A stretch of DNA of 64,000 bases from Candidatus Rokuibacteriota bacterium (GCA_044869815.1 JBIOXS010000023.1:5672-69671); one strand, 5' to 3'. Shown: positions 39,884-49,683, counted from the first letter of the stretch. The notes: generated from the letters alone by a model not told the origin. Numbers and translations are program-made.

Positions 39884-41139
39884 GCGCCCGTCTCCGCGAG
39901 GGCCCGGACGTGACGCGGCTCGCGCACACGGAGGGCGAGCGTCGCCAGCGCCAGCACGCCGGCGACGGTGGCGATCACGAACACGGCGGCGAAGCCTGCC
40001 CGGTCGGCGAGCAGCCCGGCCGCGATCGGCGCCGCGAAGGCGATCGGGGTGATCGCCGTGTTGCCGACGCCGATGTAGAGGGGCTGGGCCTCCGGCCGCG
40101 GCGCGAACTCGAGCAGCACCGTCGGGTACGCGATGCGGAAGGCCGCTTCCTGCAGGCCGGCCAGCACGAACACGACGCCGAAGGCCATGAGCGACGGCGC
40201 CCCCAGCGCCACGAGGTTCGCGGCCAGCGTCGCCGCGATGCCCGCCATGACCACCACGCGATAGCCGGCGCGGTCGGCGATCCAGCCGAGGGCCAGCAAG
40301 CCGACCACGGAGCCCGTGAGCAGCAGCGCGGTGAAGACGCCGAGCGTCGCCGCCGGCGCCTTCCAGGCGTGCAGCGCGTACACCGTGTAGAACGCCGACG
40401 CCATGCTGGCGGTGATCGAGAACCAGCGCACGACGAGGAACCAGCGCAGATTTCGGTCGTCGCGGAGCAGTGCCGGCACGCGCCGGAGGTAGACGCGCAG
40501 GCCCGGATGAGCGGCCGGGCTCGTGCTCGCCACCGGCTCGCGGACGAGGACGAGCGCCGCCAGCGAGCCGAACATGCAGACGGTGGCGCACGCGAAGCAC
40601 AGCGCATACGACGTCGGCGCCGGCACGCGCGCCAGGATCTCCGTCGTCAGCGCGCTGCCCGCGAGCCCGGCGGCGGCCGCCGCCACCGCCGTGAGCGCGA
40701 AGAACCGGCCGCGCATGGTCACGGGCACCGCCCGGCCGACGATGTCCATCCACGCCGGCGTCAGCGCGCCACCGACGCCGGTGACGACCACCAGCATGGC
40801 CAGCAGGAGCGCCAGCGTGAGCCCGGGTCGCGTGGGCGCCAGCCACATCGCCGCCGCCGCCAGCACCGCGAAGGGCACGCGCTCCCAGATCGTGTAGCGC
40901 AGGACGAACGGCAGCTTGCGATCCAGGCTCTCCGTATGCGCGGCCGCGAACAGCGGCGGCAGGAACCACCCGAGGGTCATGACGGCGGGGATGGCGCCGA
41001 TGACGACGTTCGGCGCGCCGAGGGACGCGGCGAATGCGGGAAGGATCGTGGCCGGAGAGACGAACGAGAGGGCGATCAGGAAGAGGCCGTAGTCCGCGCC
41101 GAGCGCGAGCACGTTGTGGCGCAGGTCGGGAGGGCGCAT
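39880..41139 (-). CDS. MFS transporter
   Basis: About 12 hydrophobic segments, GWIADRAGYR motif, RGRFF. Confidence 0.9.
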   Translation of the reverse strand: MRPPDLRHNVLALGADYGLFLIALSFVSPATILPAFAASLGAPNVVIGAIPAVMTLGWFLPPLFAAAHTESLDRKLPFVLRYTIWERVPFAVLAAAAMWLAPTRPGLTLALLLAMLVVVTGVGGALTPAWMDIVGRAVPVTMRGRFFALTAVAAAAAGLAGSALTTEILARVPAPTSYALCFACATVCMFGSLAALVLVREPVASTSPAAHPGLRVYLRRVPALLRDDRNLRWFLVVRWFSITASMASAFYTVYALHAWKAPAATLGVFTALLLTGSVVGLLALGWIADRAGYRVVVMAGIAATLAANLVALGAPSLMAFGVVFVLAGLQEAAFRIAYPTVLLEFAPRPEAQPLYIGVGNTAITPIAFAAPIAAGLLADRAGFAAVFVIATVAGVLALATLALRVREPRHVRALAETGA

Positions 41140-41196
41140 GAGGCACATGATACCGCGGCGCCGAAGACCTCCTATCGTCGCAGCAGAGCGCGGGTT

Positions 41197-41213
41197 TTTA
41201 CGTCGTCTTTACG
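41197..41213 (+). promoter_or_regulatory. KdpE-type direct-repeat operator
   Basis: TTTACG-N5-TTTACG with 11-bp period, upstream of the kdpDE-containing operon. Confidence 0.6.
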
Positions 41214-41285
41214 CGGACGGGCCGACTTTTGAGACGCTCTTCACGGCGCCGGCGCGATCATCGGAAGCGATGAACGAGCACTCTC

Positions 41286-41618
41286 GTGTGTGACCGCCTC
41301 GGGCCGCACCACGCGCCGCGGCCCCGTTGGGGATCGCTCTACACCATTGTGGGCACGGCGGCCGTGGCGACCGCGGCCGCCCGGACCGCGCTGCCCGTGT
41401 CACTTCTCCGGGGCGCCATGTTGCTTGCCATCCCGCTGCTTACCGGCGCGGCGCTGGCCCTGTGGGTCGCCACGAACCGCGTGGCCCTCGATCTGGCCGG
41501 GTGGTGCGACTGCGCGGGCAGCGCGGTCCGCGTGCGCGTGATCGATGCTGCACCGCCGCCACCGCGCGTCACGCTACCCGTCACTCGACCGCTCGAGAGG
41601 ACTACACTTCGGGGGTGA
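41286..41618 (+). CDS. Small membrane protein with WCDC motif, coupled to kdpD
   Basis: Two hydrophobic segments. Its stop overlaps the kdpD GTG (GTGA). Confidence 0.65.
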   Translation: MCDRLGPHHAPRPRWGSLYTIVGTAAVATAAARTALPVSLLRGAMLLAIPLLTGAALALWVATNRVALDLAGWCDCAGSAVRVRVIDAAPPPPRVTLPVTRPLERTTLRG

Positions 41619-43012
41619 ACCGGCGGGTCCGGATCCCCGTGCCGAGCGGCGTGCTCGCCGCCGTCCTCGCCGTGGCCGCGGCCACCGCGCTCTCGTGGGG
41701 GATGTTCCCGCGCTTCGAGCGCAGCACGCCGATCATGACCTACCTGCTCGCCATCGTCGCCGTCGGCGCCCGCTACGGGCGGGGGCCTTCGATCCTCACC
41801 TCCGTCCTCGGCGTGGCGGCTTTCGATTTCTTCTTCGTGCCGCCGTACTACACGTTCGCGGTGGCCGACGCCCAGGCTCTGTCGACGTTCACGGTCATGC
41901 TCGTGGTCGGCCTCGTCATCGGCGGCCTCACCGCGCGGATCCGGCGTCAGGCGCGTGTCGCCAGCGAGCGCGAGCGTCAGACGGCCGCCCTGGCATCGAT
42001 GAACCGCGACCTGTCGCAGGCCACGACCCTCGATGAACTGGCCGCGAGGGGCGCGCGGCACGTCGACGAGGCCTTCGAGGCCGAGGCGCGCATCGTGCCA
42101 GCCGGCGGGCTCGTCGACGACGATCCCGCGACCGTGCGGCTGCCGCTTCGCGAGCGCGAGCGGGAACTGGGAACGCTGCTCGTTCGTCCGCGCCACCGCC
42201 GGCGGCTGGCCGCCGACGCGCGCCACCATCTGGAGACGTTCGCCGACCAGATCGCGCTCGCCCTGGCGCGGATTCGCCTCGCCGCCGAGGCGGAGAGCGC
42301 CCGCGTCGGCGCCGAGACGGAGCGGCTGCGCAACGCGCTGCTGACGTCGGTCTCCCACGACCTTCGAACGCCGCTGGCGGCCATCACGGGGGCGGCCACG
42401 ACGCTGCTCGACGGCGGCACGCGGGTCGACGGGGCCACGCGACGCGATCTCCTCGAGTCGATCAGGGAGGAGGCGGAGCGCCTGAACCGACTCGTGCAGA
42501 ATCTGCTGGAGATGACGCGTCTCGAATCGGGCCACGTGCGGCTGCGGCGCGAATGGCACCCGCTCGAGGAAGTGATCGGGGCGGCGCTGGCACGCTTCGG
42601 CGAGCGTGACGTCACGCTGACCGTCCCGCGCGATCTGCCGCTGGTGCCGATCGACGACGTCCTGATCGAGCAGGTCGTCGTCAACCTGCTCGACAACGCG
42701 ATCAAGTACACGCCGGGCGGCAGTCCCATCCGCATTCTCGCGACGGCGACCGACGAGATCGTCACCGTGGAAATCGCGGACCGCGGTCCCGGCCTGCCCC
42801 CCGGGGCCGAGCAGCAGGTGTTCGAGAAGTTCTACCGCGTGGACGGCAACGGCCTGCACGGGACCGGTCTCGGCCTGGCGATCTGCCGGGGGATCGTCCA
42901 CGCGCACGGCGGTCGCATCTGGGCGCAGAACCTGCCCGAGGGCGGCGTGGCCTTTCTGTTCACGCTGCCGTTGACCGGCACGCCACCGCCGGCGGTCCCG
43001 AGCGATGCCTGA
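41615..43012 (+). CDS. kdpD: KdpD-like sensor kinase lacking the N-terminal KdpD/Usp domains
   Basis: DUF4118 motif AFDFFFVPPYYTFAV, ERLRNALLTSVSHDLRTPL, NLLDNAIKY, GLGLAIC. Confidence 0.88.
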   Translation: MNRRVRIPVPSGVLAAVLAVAAATALSWGMFPRFERSTPIMTYLLAIVAVGARYGRGPSILTSVLGVAAFDFFFVPPYYTFAVADAQALSTFTVMLVVGLVIGGLTARIRRQARVASERERQTAALASMNRDLSQATTLDELAARGARHVDEAFEAEARIVPAGGLVDDDPATVRLPLRERERELGTLLVRPRHRRRLAADARHHLETFADQIALALARIRLAAEAESARVGAETERLRNALLTSVSHDLRTPLAAITGAATTLLDGGTRVDGATRRDLLESIREEAERLNRLVQNLLEMTRLESGHVRLRREWHPLEEVIGAALARFGERDVTLTVPRDLPLVPIDDVLIEQVVVNLLDNAIKYTPGGSPIRILATATDEIVTVEIADRGPGLPPGAEQQVFEKFYRVDGNGLHGTGLGLAICRGIVHAHGGRIWAQNLPEGGVAFLFTLPLTGTPPPAVPSDA

Positions 43013-43697
43013 GCCCATCGTCGTTCTCATCGAAGACGAGCCGCAGATCCGCCGGTTTCTTCGCGCGACGCTCACCGGCGAGGGCTACCGGCTCTTCGAG
43101 GCCACCACCGGCGCCGACGGGCTCGTTCAGGCGAGCTCGCGACAAGCGGACGTCGTCATCGTCGATCTCGGGCTGCCCGACATGGATGGCCTCGACGTGA
43201 TCCGCCGCCTGCGCCAGTGGAGCGCAGTGCCGGTGATCGTGCTGTCGGCGCGCGGACAGGAGCGCGACAAGGTCAGCGCGCTCGACGCCGGCGCCGACGA
43301 CTACGTCAGCAAGCCGTTCGGCGCCGGCGAGCTGCTGGCGCGGATCCGGGTGGCGCTGCGCCACGCCGCCGGCGCCGCGCACGGCGGGGAGCAGACCGCG
43401 TTCCGCGTCGGCGATCTCGAGGTTGATCTGCTGCGCCGCCAGGTCTCCGTCGCCGGCGCCGAGGTGCGCCTCACCCCCATCGAGTATCGTCTGCTCGCCA
43501 CCCTGGTGGCGCATGCCGGCAAGGTCCTTACGCACCAGCAGCTGCTGCACGAGGTGTGGGGCCCGAGCCACGGCGACCAGGCCCACTACGTCCGCGTGTA
43601 CATGGCGCACCTGCGCGGCAAGCTCGAGGCCGAGCCGGCGCGTCCGCGCTATCTGCGGACCGAGCCCGGGGTCGGCTACCGGCTCGTCCCCGACTGA
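43005..43697 (+). CDS. kdpE: KdpE response regulator
   Basis: IEDEPQIRRFL, DLGLPDMDG, GKVLTHQQLL.EVWG, YVRVYM..LR.KLE, TEPGVGYR. Confidence 0.93.
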   Translation: MPEPIVVLIEDEPQIRRFLRATLTGEGYRLFEATTGADGLVQASSRQADVVIVDLGLPDMDGLDVIRRLRQWSAVPVIVLSARGQERDKVSALDAGADDYVSKPFGAGELLARIRVALRHAAGAAHGGEQTAFRVGDLEVDLLRRQVSVAGAEVRLTPIEYRLLATLVAHAGKVLTHQQLLHEVWGPSHGDQAHYVRVYMAHLRGKLEAEPARPRYLRTEPGVGYRLVPD

Positions 43698-44296
43698 GCG
43701 ATCACGCGCAGCGCGATCTCGATGGCGCGAATCATCAGCGGGAGGTCCATGCTCGGCTGCTCGAGCCCCGTGGCGACCACCATCGACGGCGACAGCGGCA
43801 GGTGGATGAATCCCGCCGGAATGTAGGGCCCCCGCGAGTGGAGCAGATGTCGCGTCGTGTAGAACGTCTGGTTGCAGAGATAGGTGCCCGCGGTGCTGGA
43901 GAGGTACGCCGGCACGCCCTCCGCGGTGAGCGCCTCGAGTATGGCCTCGAGCGGCAGCGTGCTGAAGTACGCGGCGGGGCCGCCCGGCACGCACGGCTCG
44001 CCGGTGGCGCGATAGCCCGTGTTGTCGGCGATCTCGAAGTCCATGACGTTGACGGCCACGCGCTCGAGCGCGAGGCGCGCGCGGCCGCCCGCGAGCCCCA
44101 GGTGCACGACCGCGCGCGGGGCCGTGTCCCGCACGAGCTCGGCGACGACCGCGGCCGCGCGTGCGTGATGCACGGGCAGGACGGCGCTGCGGACGGTGTC
44201 GTTGCCGACCGTGCGCCCGTGCAGCGCGTCCGCCACGTCCGCCGACGGATTGTCCTTGTACGTTCCGAACGGCTCGAAGCCGGTGAGCAGGATCAT
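43676..44296 (-). CDS. pcp: Pyroglutamyl-peptidase I
   Basis: ILLTGFEPF, LERVAVN, AGTYLCN, GFIHLP. Confidence 0.95.
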   Translation of the reverse strand: MILLTGFEPFGTYKDNPSADVADALHGRTVGNDTVRSAVLPVHHARAAAVVAELVRDTAPRAVVHLGLAGGRARLALERVAVNVMDFEIADNTGYRATGEPCVPGGPAAYFSTLPLEAILEALTAEGVPAYLSSTAGTYLCNQTFYTTRHLLHSRGPYIPAGFIHLPLSPSMVVATGLEQPSMDLPLMIRAIEIALRVIAQSGTSR

Positions 44297-44592
44297 GGGC
44301 GGCCTCCGCGGGTGAGCTCGGTCGCGAGCGTGCGCGCCACGCCGTGCCAGTCGGCGCCATCCGTCCTCAGCGTCACGCGGCTGCCGGCCTCAGCCTCGAC
44401 GGCGGCGAGCGTCAGCCGCGCGCCGGCGGCGAGGCGGGCCTCGAGCGTGCCGTCCTCCACGTCGTAGCGGACGACGCGGGCGCCGAAGTGGCGGAGCACG
44501 GCCACGCTCTGCAGCAAGACATCGGCCGGCGCCGTGGTCACGGTGACGCGGCGGACGCGACGGCGGCGCAGCCACTCGAGCAGTCGGGGCAT
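44293..44592 (-). CDS. Hypothetical protein
   Basis: ATGA-coupled to pcp, with a -10 element upstream. Confidence 0.6.
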   Translation of the reverse strand: MPRLLEWLRRRRVRRVTVTTAPADVLLQSVAVLRHFGARVVRYDVEDGTLEARLAAGARLTLAAVEAEAGSRVTLRTDGADWHGVARTLATELTRGGRP

Positions 44593-44642
44593 GATGGGAC
44601 CAGAGTAGCAGCGGGCCGGGCCGGTGCGCTATCGTACCGGGC

Positions 44643-45425
44643 ATGAGCGACCCGAGCGAGATCCTCGTCGAGCAGGACGGCCGCGTGGTGACGGTGACGT
44701 TCAATCGTCCCGAGGCCCGCAACGCCATGACCTTCGAGATGTACGAGCGGCTGCACGACCTCTGCGAGCGCTTCGACAAGGACCCCGGCGTGCGCGTGCT
44801 CGTGCTCACCGGCGCCGGCGACAAGGCGTTCGTCAGCGGCACCGACATCCGCCAGTTCCTGACCTTCAAGACGAAGGAGGACGCGCTCGGGTACGAGTCC
44901 CGGATCACGCGGGTGCTGAGCCGCATCCACGCCATGACCAAGCCGACCATCGCCATGATCCAGGGCGACGCCGTCGGCGGCGGGATGTTCATGTCGCTCG
45001 CGTGCGATCTGCGGCTGGCCGCCGAGCACGCGCGCTTCGGCGCCCCCGTGGCGCGCACGCTCGGCAACTTCGCGGCGCCGTTCAGCCTGGGGCTGCTGGC
45101 GGCGACGGTGGGGCCGATCCGGGCGCGCGAGATCGTGCTCACCGCGCGGCTCGTCGACGCGGCAGAGGCGAAGGCGATCGGGCTCGTCGACCGGGTGCAC
45201 GCGGCGGCCGACCTGCGTGGCCAGGTCATGGAGCTGGCGGGTCGGATCGCCGAGCTGGCGCCGCTGACGCTGGCCGCGACGAAGGAGGCCGTCCGTCGCA
45301 TGCTGGCCGCCACCTCGCCCGGCAGCCTCGAGGACCTCCTGCTGAGCTGTTATCTGAGCGAGGATTTCCACGAAGGCGCGCGCGCCTTCCTGGAGAAGCG
45401 CAAGGCGAACTGGCAGGGGCGCTGA
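44643..45425 (+). CDS. Enoyl-CoA hydratase/isomerase family
   Basis: FNRPEARNA, AFVSGTDI, KPTIA...AVGGG, ACDLR, AFLEKRK. Confidence 0.94.
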   Translation: MSDPSEILVEQDGRVVTVTFNRPEARNAMTFEMYERLHDLCERFDKDPGVRVLVLTGAGDKAFVSGTDIRQFLTFKTKEDALGYESRITRVLSRIHAMTKPTIAMIQGDAVGGGMFMSLACDLRLAAEHARFGAPVARTLGNFAAPFSLGLLAATVGPIRAREIVLTARLVDAAEAKAIGLVDRVHAAADLRGQVMELAGRIAELAPLTLAATKEAVRRMLAATSPGSLEDLLLSCYLSEDFHEGARAFLEKRKANWQGR

Positions 45426-45426
45426 G

Positions 45427-45696
45427 CTATGCCGCGCGGCGCCCCGAGCGCTCGCGGAAGCGCTCGATGGCGGCCAGCGCCGTCGTGATCTGCAGCGTCC
45501 GGTCGATCACGCCGCGCGAGCGCAGGGCTACCTCACGGACGGGACGGTTCCGCTGCAGCAGCAGGCCGACCGCGAACGCGGCGCCGAGGGTCAGGAACGG
45601 CAGCCAGCCGCGGCGCCGCAGCTCGTCGACGGCATCGCTCAGGGCGCGGCCGGCGAGGTCGATGTCTTCCCGGATCTCAAGCGGGTCTCGGCCCAT
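45427..45696 (-). CDS. DUF3618-like small membrane-anchored protein
   Basis: MGRDPLEIREDID....LSDAVDEL followed by one TM. GGAG SD. Typical position after a holin-like gene. Confidence 0.7.
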   Translation of the reverse strand: MGRDPLEIREDIDLAGRALSDAVDELRRRGWLPFLTLGAAFAVGLLLQRNRPVREVALRSRGVIDRTLQITTALAAIERFRERSGRRAA

Positions 45697-46952
45697 CGCC
45701 ACGTCTCCTTGATGGAGGCCCGCGTTCGGGCCAGCGTCACCACGTTCCGCACCCGATACACCGCCCATGTGATCGCGACGCCCGACAGGAGCGCGCCGCC
45801 GCCGCCGGCGATCAGCAGCGGTCGCCAGTCGGCATCGAAGACCGGGGCCAGGGCGGCGGCCAGCAGCACCACCAGCGACGTGACGAGCGTGACCATGGCC
45901 GCGAGCGCGATGCCGGCGGCGATCCCGGCCGACGTCGCGGCGCGCTTGACCTCGGCCACCGCCAGCTCGAGCTCGAGGCGGGCCAGGTGGCCGATGCCCT
46001 CCTGGACGGACTCGACACGCCGCAGCGCCGGCCGCCGGAACGGCACCACGGTTCCGGGCTCCTGCGCGCCGGCGACCTTGGCGTCGGGGGCGCCGCGGCG
46101 CGCCGCCGCGTGCTCGATCTCCGAGTTCACCTCGGCGCCGAGCAGCAGCGCCATGCCGCTCAGGTAGAGCCACAGCATCAACAGGATCACGCCGCCGATC
46201 GAGCCATACGTCGCGTTGTAGTTCGCGAAGCTCGTCACGTAGAAGCGCAGCCCGGACGACGCGATCAGCCACAGCACGAGCGCCACCGCCGAGCCGGGCG
46301 TGACCCACCGCCAGCGCTGCTCCACCGCCGGCGCCAGGTAGTACACGAGGCCGATGCCGGTGGCGACGAGCACCATGACGATCGGGATGCTGACGATGTA
46401 CCACACGAGCGTGAAGACGGCGCCGAGGCCGATCCATCCCGCCACCGTCTCGCCGATCTTCGGTCCGAAGACGAGCAGCACGAGCGCGCTCAGGATGAAC
46501 AGCGAGAAGCCGAGGGTGAGGCCGAGGGCGAGGAGCTTGGCCTTCCACCACGGCCGCGTCTCCTTGACGTCGTAGGCGACATTGAGCGCGCTCATGATCG
46601 ACGCCATGCCGTTGCTGCCGGCCCACAGCGCGCCGAGCACGCCGATCGACAGCAGCCCCCCGCCGGCGCCGGCCATGATCTCGTTCAGCGTCTTCTCGAT
46701 GATCGAGGCGGCGTCGCCCGGCATCGTTTGCGAGATGTAGTCCATGAGCCGATCCATGAGGTTCGGGATCGGCAGCAGCCCGAGCAGGACGGTCAAGAAC
46801 AGCAGCGCGGGGAACAGGGCGAACAGGAAGTAATAGGCCAGCGCGGCCGCGCGGTCGCTGACCTCGTCTTCGGAGAACTCAGCCAACACGCGCTTCGCCA
46901 GCTCGACCACACCGAGACCGCCGAGCTTCCAGGGGGAGACGTCAGACGCCAT
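45639..46952 (-). CDS. YihY/BrkB family protein fused to holin-like (YhjD/DUF1469-type) domain
   Basis: AAALAYYFLFALFP, ALNVAY, YNATYGSIGGVILLMLWLY, GAEVN, then LARLELELAVAEVK, two TMs and RTRASIKE. Confidence 0.88.
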   Translation of the reverse strand: MASDVSPWKLGGLGVVELAKRVLAEFSEDEVSDRAAALAYYFLFALFPALLFLTVLLGLLPIPNLMDRLMDYISQTMPGDAASIIEKTLNEIMAGAGGGLLSIGVLGALWAGSNGMASIMSALNVAYDVKETRPWWKAKLLALGLTLGFSLFILSALVLLVFGPKIGETVAGWIGLGAVFTLVWYIVSIPIVMVLVATGIGLVYYLAPAVEQRWRWVTPGSAVALVLWLIASSGLRFYVTSFANYNATYGSIGGVILLMLWLYLSGMALLLGAEVNSEIEHAAARRGAPDAKVAGAQEPGTVVPFRRPALRRVESVQEGIGHLARLELELAVAEVKRAATSAGIAAGIALAAMVTLVTSLVVLLAAALAPVFDADWRPLLIAGGGGALLSGVAITWAVYRVRNVVTLARTRASIKETWRWAETRLRSGKTSTSPAAP

Positions 46953-46966
46953 CGGCCGTCGAGGGA

Positions 46967-46983
46967 TGCAGCGGTCATGCCGG
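46967..46983 (-). promoter_or_regulatory. sigma54-like promoter
   Basis: Minus strand CCGGCATGACCGCTGCA just upstream of the yihY start. Confidence 0.45.
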
Positions 46984-48093
46984 CGAGATTCCGGCGGCGA
47001 CGGCAAGCCGCATGTCCACACGGAACAACGCGTTATGAAGAAACGCCACGAAGGCGTGCCGGGCGGCGCGGCGCTCGCCGAGTCCGAGATGGGCAACCGC
47101 CTCGATGCCGGCCGTCTCCCGCTCGTCACGGGCGGCGCGCGACGCGGCGCAGAGCGCACGCGCCTCCGTGTAGCGTCCTCGCGCGACCTTGAGCGCCGCC
47201 AGCCGCCGGATGACGGCCGCCGCCGTCCGCCGCTCGGCGCGCGGCGCCCCGGCAGCCTCGTAGAGCTGACGCCACTCCGAGAGCGTCCGCCGGACGGCGT
47301 CCTCGTCGCCGAGGTCGTTCTCGATCTCGTACCGCTGCAGCAGCAGCGCGCGGCGCCGCGCGGCGCCGCGGCCGGCGAGGGCGGCGTCGACCGTTCTGAG
47401 CGCCCCGCGCCGCGCACGCTCGAGCAGCGCGGGCGCGCGCGCGTCGCGCATGAGCGCCGGCTGAGCGACGATGACGTAGGCGGCGGCGTCGAACCGCTCG
47501 CGGCCCAGGAGGTGCTCGGCGTAGCGAATGCGGTCACGGTAGCGCAGCCCGCCGAGCCAGAGTGCGAGCGGCAGTCCGAGAGGCTCCGGCGGTGGCTCCA
47601 GCAGCTCGAGTACGGCGCGCGGGCCATGACGCTCGAGTGTCACCTGGGCCTGCTGCAAGAGCGCGCGCGCAGCGAAGGACTCCGGAAGCTCGCCGGTCAG
47701 CTCCGCCAGCCGCGCCGACGGCGGTCCGCCGCGCTCGGCCCACGCGACCAGCTCGCCGTAGCCGGCCACGAGCCGGTTGTGCGGCGCGAGCGTGGCAGCC
47801 GCGGTCATCGCCGTCCGCGCGCGCGCCGGATGGCCGGCGTCGAAGAGCACGATGCCATGATGGAGCGGGAAGACAAATGAGGACGGCGCCAGCTCGGTGG
47901 CGACGGCGAGCGCCCGCTCGGCCTCGGGCACGCAGTTCTGCTCGGCAAGTGCCTGCGCGAGGTAGAGATGGAAGTGCGGCTCGTGAGGGTTGCGGGCGAT
48001 TGCTGCCCGCAACGACGTCTCAGCGCCCGTATAGTCGTGCCTCGAGAGCGCGCGCTGGCCGCGCGAGAAGAGGCGCTCGGTGCGGCCGAACAT
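46975..48093 (-). CDS. Tetratricopeptide repeat protein
   Basis: TPR-pattern helices (AETSLRAAIARNP, HLYLAQAL, A..LAP). Confidence 0.75.
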   Translation of the reverse strand: MFGRTERLFSRGQRALSRHDYTGAETSLRAAIARNPHEPHFHLYLAQALAEQNCVPEAERALAVATELAPSSFVFPLHHGIVLFDAGHPARARTAMTAAATLAPHNRLVAGYGELVAWAERGGPPSARLAELTGELPESFAARALLQQAQVTLERHGPRAVLELLEPPPEPLGLPLALWLGGLRYRDRIRYAEHLLGRERFDAAAYVIVAQPALMRDARAPALLERARRGALRTVDAALAGRGAARRRALLLQRYEIENDLGDEDAVRRTLSEWRQLYEAAGAPRAERRTAAAVIRRLAALKVARGRYTEARALCAASRAARDERETAGIEAVAHLGLGERRAARHAFVAFLHNALFRVDMRLAVAAGISPA

Positions 48094-48159
48094 GACGGAA
48101 TTTTACTGTACGATCGGGCGGCGGCCGAGGACCGGCGGTCGCGTGAAAGGAGCACGTGG

Positions 48160-49593
48160 ATGGCGGGCTTGGCGGAGTACGAGCGCTACGACGGATTGGG
48201 GTTGGCAGGGCTCGTCAAGGCCGGCCACGTGACGCCGGACGAATTGCTGGAGGCGGCCATCGCGCGCGTCGAGGCGCGCAATCCCGTGGTGAACGCCGTC
48301 ACCATGCCGCTCCACGACTACGCGCGCCGCGCGCTGGCGGCCGGCCTGCCCGACGGGCCGTTCCGCGGCGTGCCGTTTCTGATGAAGGACCTCACCGCCC
48401 CCATGGCCGGCGTTCCGATGACGCGGTCGTGCCGCTACTACGCCGACGCGCCGCTGCCGGCGGCGGACAGCGTGCACGTCGAGCGCCTCAAGCGTGCGGG
48501 TCTCGTCATCTTCGGGCGAACCAACACGTGCGAGCTCGGCCTGTCGCTCACGTGCGAGCCGCAAATGCACGGACCCACGCGCAATCCCTGGGATCCCGCG
48601 CGCATCTCCGGGGGCTCTAGCGGCGGCGCCGCGGCCGCGGTGGGCGCCCGCATGCTGCCGATGGCGCACGCCACCGACGGCTTCGGCTCCATCCGTGCGC
48701 CGGCCGCGTGCTGCGGCCTCGTCGGCCTCAAGCCGACGCGCGGCCGCAACACCTTCGCGCCATACAGCGGTGAGGGGCTCGGCGGCCTCTCGGCCGAGCA
48801 TGCGGTGACACTGAGCGTGCGCGACTCGGCGGCGCTGCTCGACGCGACGGGCGGCGCCGGAGCCGGCGATCCATACGTGGCGCCGCGGCGAACGCGACCG
48901 TTCCTGGCCGAGGTCGGCGCCGATCCGGGGCGCCTGCGGATCGCGTTCACCAGCGTGACGCCCAACGGTGCCAAGGTCGATGCCGAGAGCCTGCGCACGC
49001 TCGCCGAGACGGCGCAGCTCTGCGCGGACCTCGGTCATCAGGTCGAGGAAGCGAATCCCGCCCTCGAGGGCGAGGCGGTGGTGCCCACGTTTCTCACGCT
49101 CGCGGCCGCGAACACCGTGGTCAACCTCGGCGGCAACCCCGCCAAGGGCCGGCCCGCGCACGAGGACGAAGTCGAACGGATCACGTGGGCGACGGCCAAG
49201 CGCGGCGAGCAGATCACCGGCGCCGACTACGTCCGCGCCACCCAGGCGGCCCATCGGCTCGGCCGGCAGATGGCCGCCTTCCACGCGCAGTGGGACGTCC
49301 TGCTCACGCCGGGTCTCGCCACCCTGCCCGTGCCGCTGGGTGTCATCGACATGATGATGGACGACCTCGACGAGTACTGGCGGCGGGTATTTCACTTCTC
49401 GCCGTTCACGGTGTGGTTCAACATCACCGGACAGCCGGCCATGATGCTTCCGCTGGGCCGGGCCTCGAACGGGATGCCGATGGCGACACAGCTCGTCGGA
49501 CGCTACGGCGACGAGGCGACGGTCTTCCGGCTCGCCGCTCAGCTCGAGGCGGCCCGCCCGTGGTTCGATCGAAAGCCTCCGCTGGCGATGTGA
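48160..49593 (+). CDS. Amidase signature family protein
   Basis: GVPFLMKDL, SGGSSGGAAAAV, TDGFGSIRAPAACCGLVGLKP. Confidence 0.95.
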   Translation: MAGLAEYERYDGLGLAGLVKAGHVTPDELLEAAIARVEARNPVVNAVTMPLHDYARRALAAGLPDGPFRGVPFLMKDLTAPMAGVPMTRSCRYYADAPLPAADSVHVERLKRAGLVIFGRTNTCELGLSLTCEPQMHGPTRNPWDPARISGGSSGGAAAAVGARMLPMAHATDGFGSIRAPAACCGLVGLKPTRGRNTFAPYSGEGLGGLSAEHAVTLSVRDSAALLDATGGAGAGDPYVAPRRTRPFLAEVGADPGRLRIAFTSVTPNGAKVDAESLRTLAETAQLCADLGHQVEEANPALEGEAVVPTFLTLAAANTVVNLGGNPAKGRPAHEDEVERITWATAKRGEQITGADYVRATQAAHRLGRQMAAFHAQWDVLLTPGLATLPVPLGVIDMMMDDLDEYWRRVFHFSPFTVWFNITGQPAMMLPLGRASNGMPMATQLVGRYGDEATVFRLAAQLEAARPWFDRKPPLAM

Positions 49594-49683
49594 CGGAGCG
49601 CGCGCGGGATCAAGCTGGCACGCGCGCGACAGGATGCGCGGCACGGCCGCGTCAGCGTTCCCGGAAAATTCCGCAGATCTCGC

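Noticed and set aside
39884-41146. 652-aa ORF as an N-terminally extended HAD fusion
   Set aside because: The upstream part is the alternative frame of the MFS gene and reads as Arg/Gly-rich noise.
41270-41614. ATG at 41270 with TGA at 41291 in the kdpD frame (possible Sec read-through extension)
   Set aside because: The extension reads as low-complexity off-frame sequence, is not KdpD-like, and overlaps a better ORF (41286-41618).
45639-46060. Holin-like domain as evidence of a prophage
   Set aside because: No phage genes nearby. This family is commonly chromosomal beside yihY/DUF3618.
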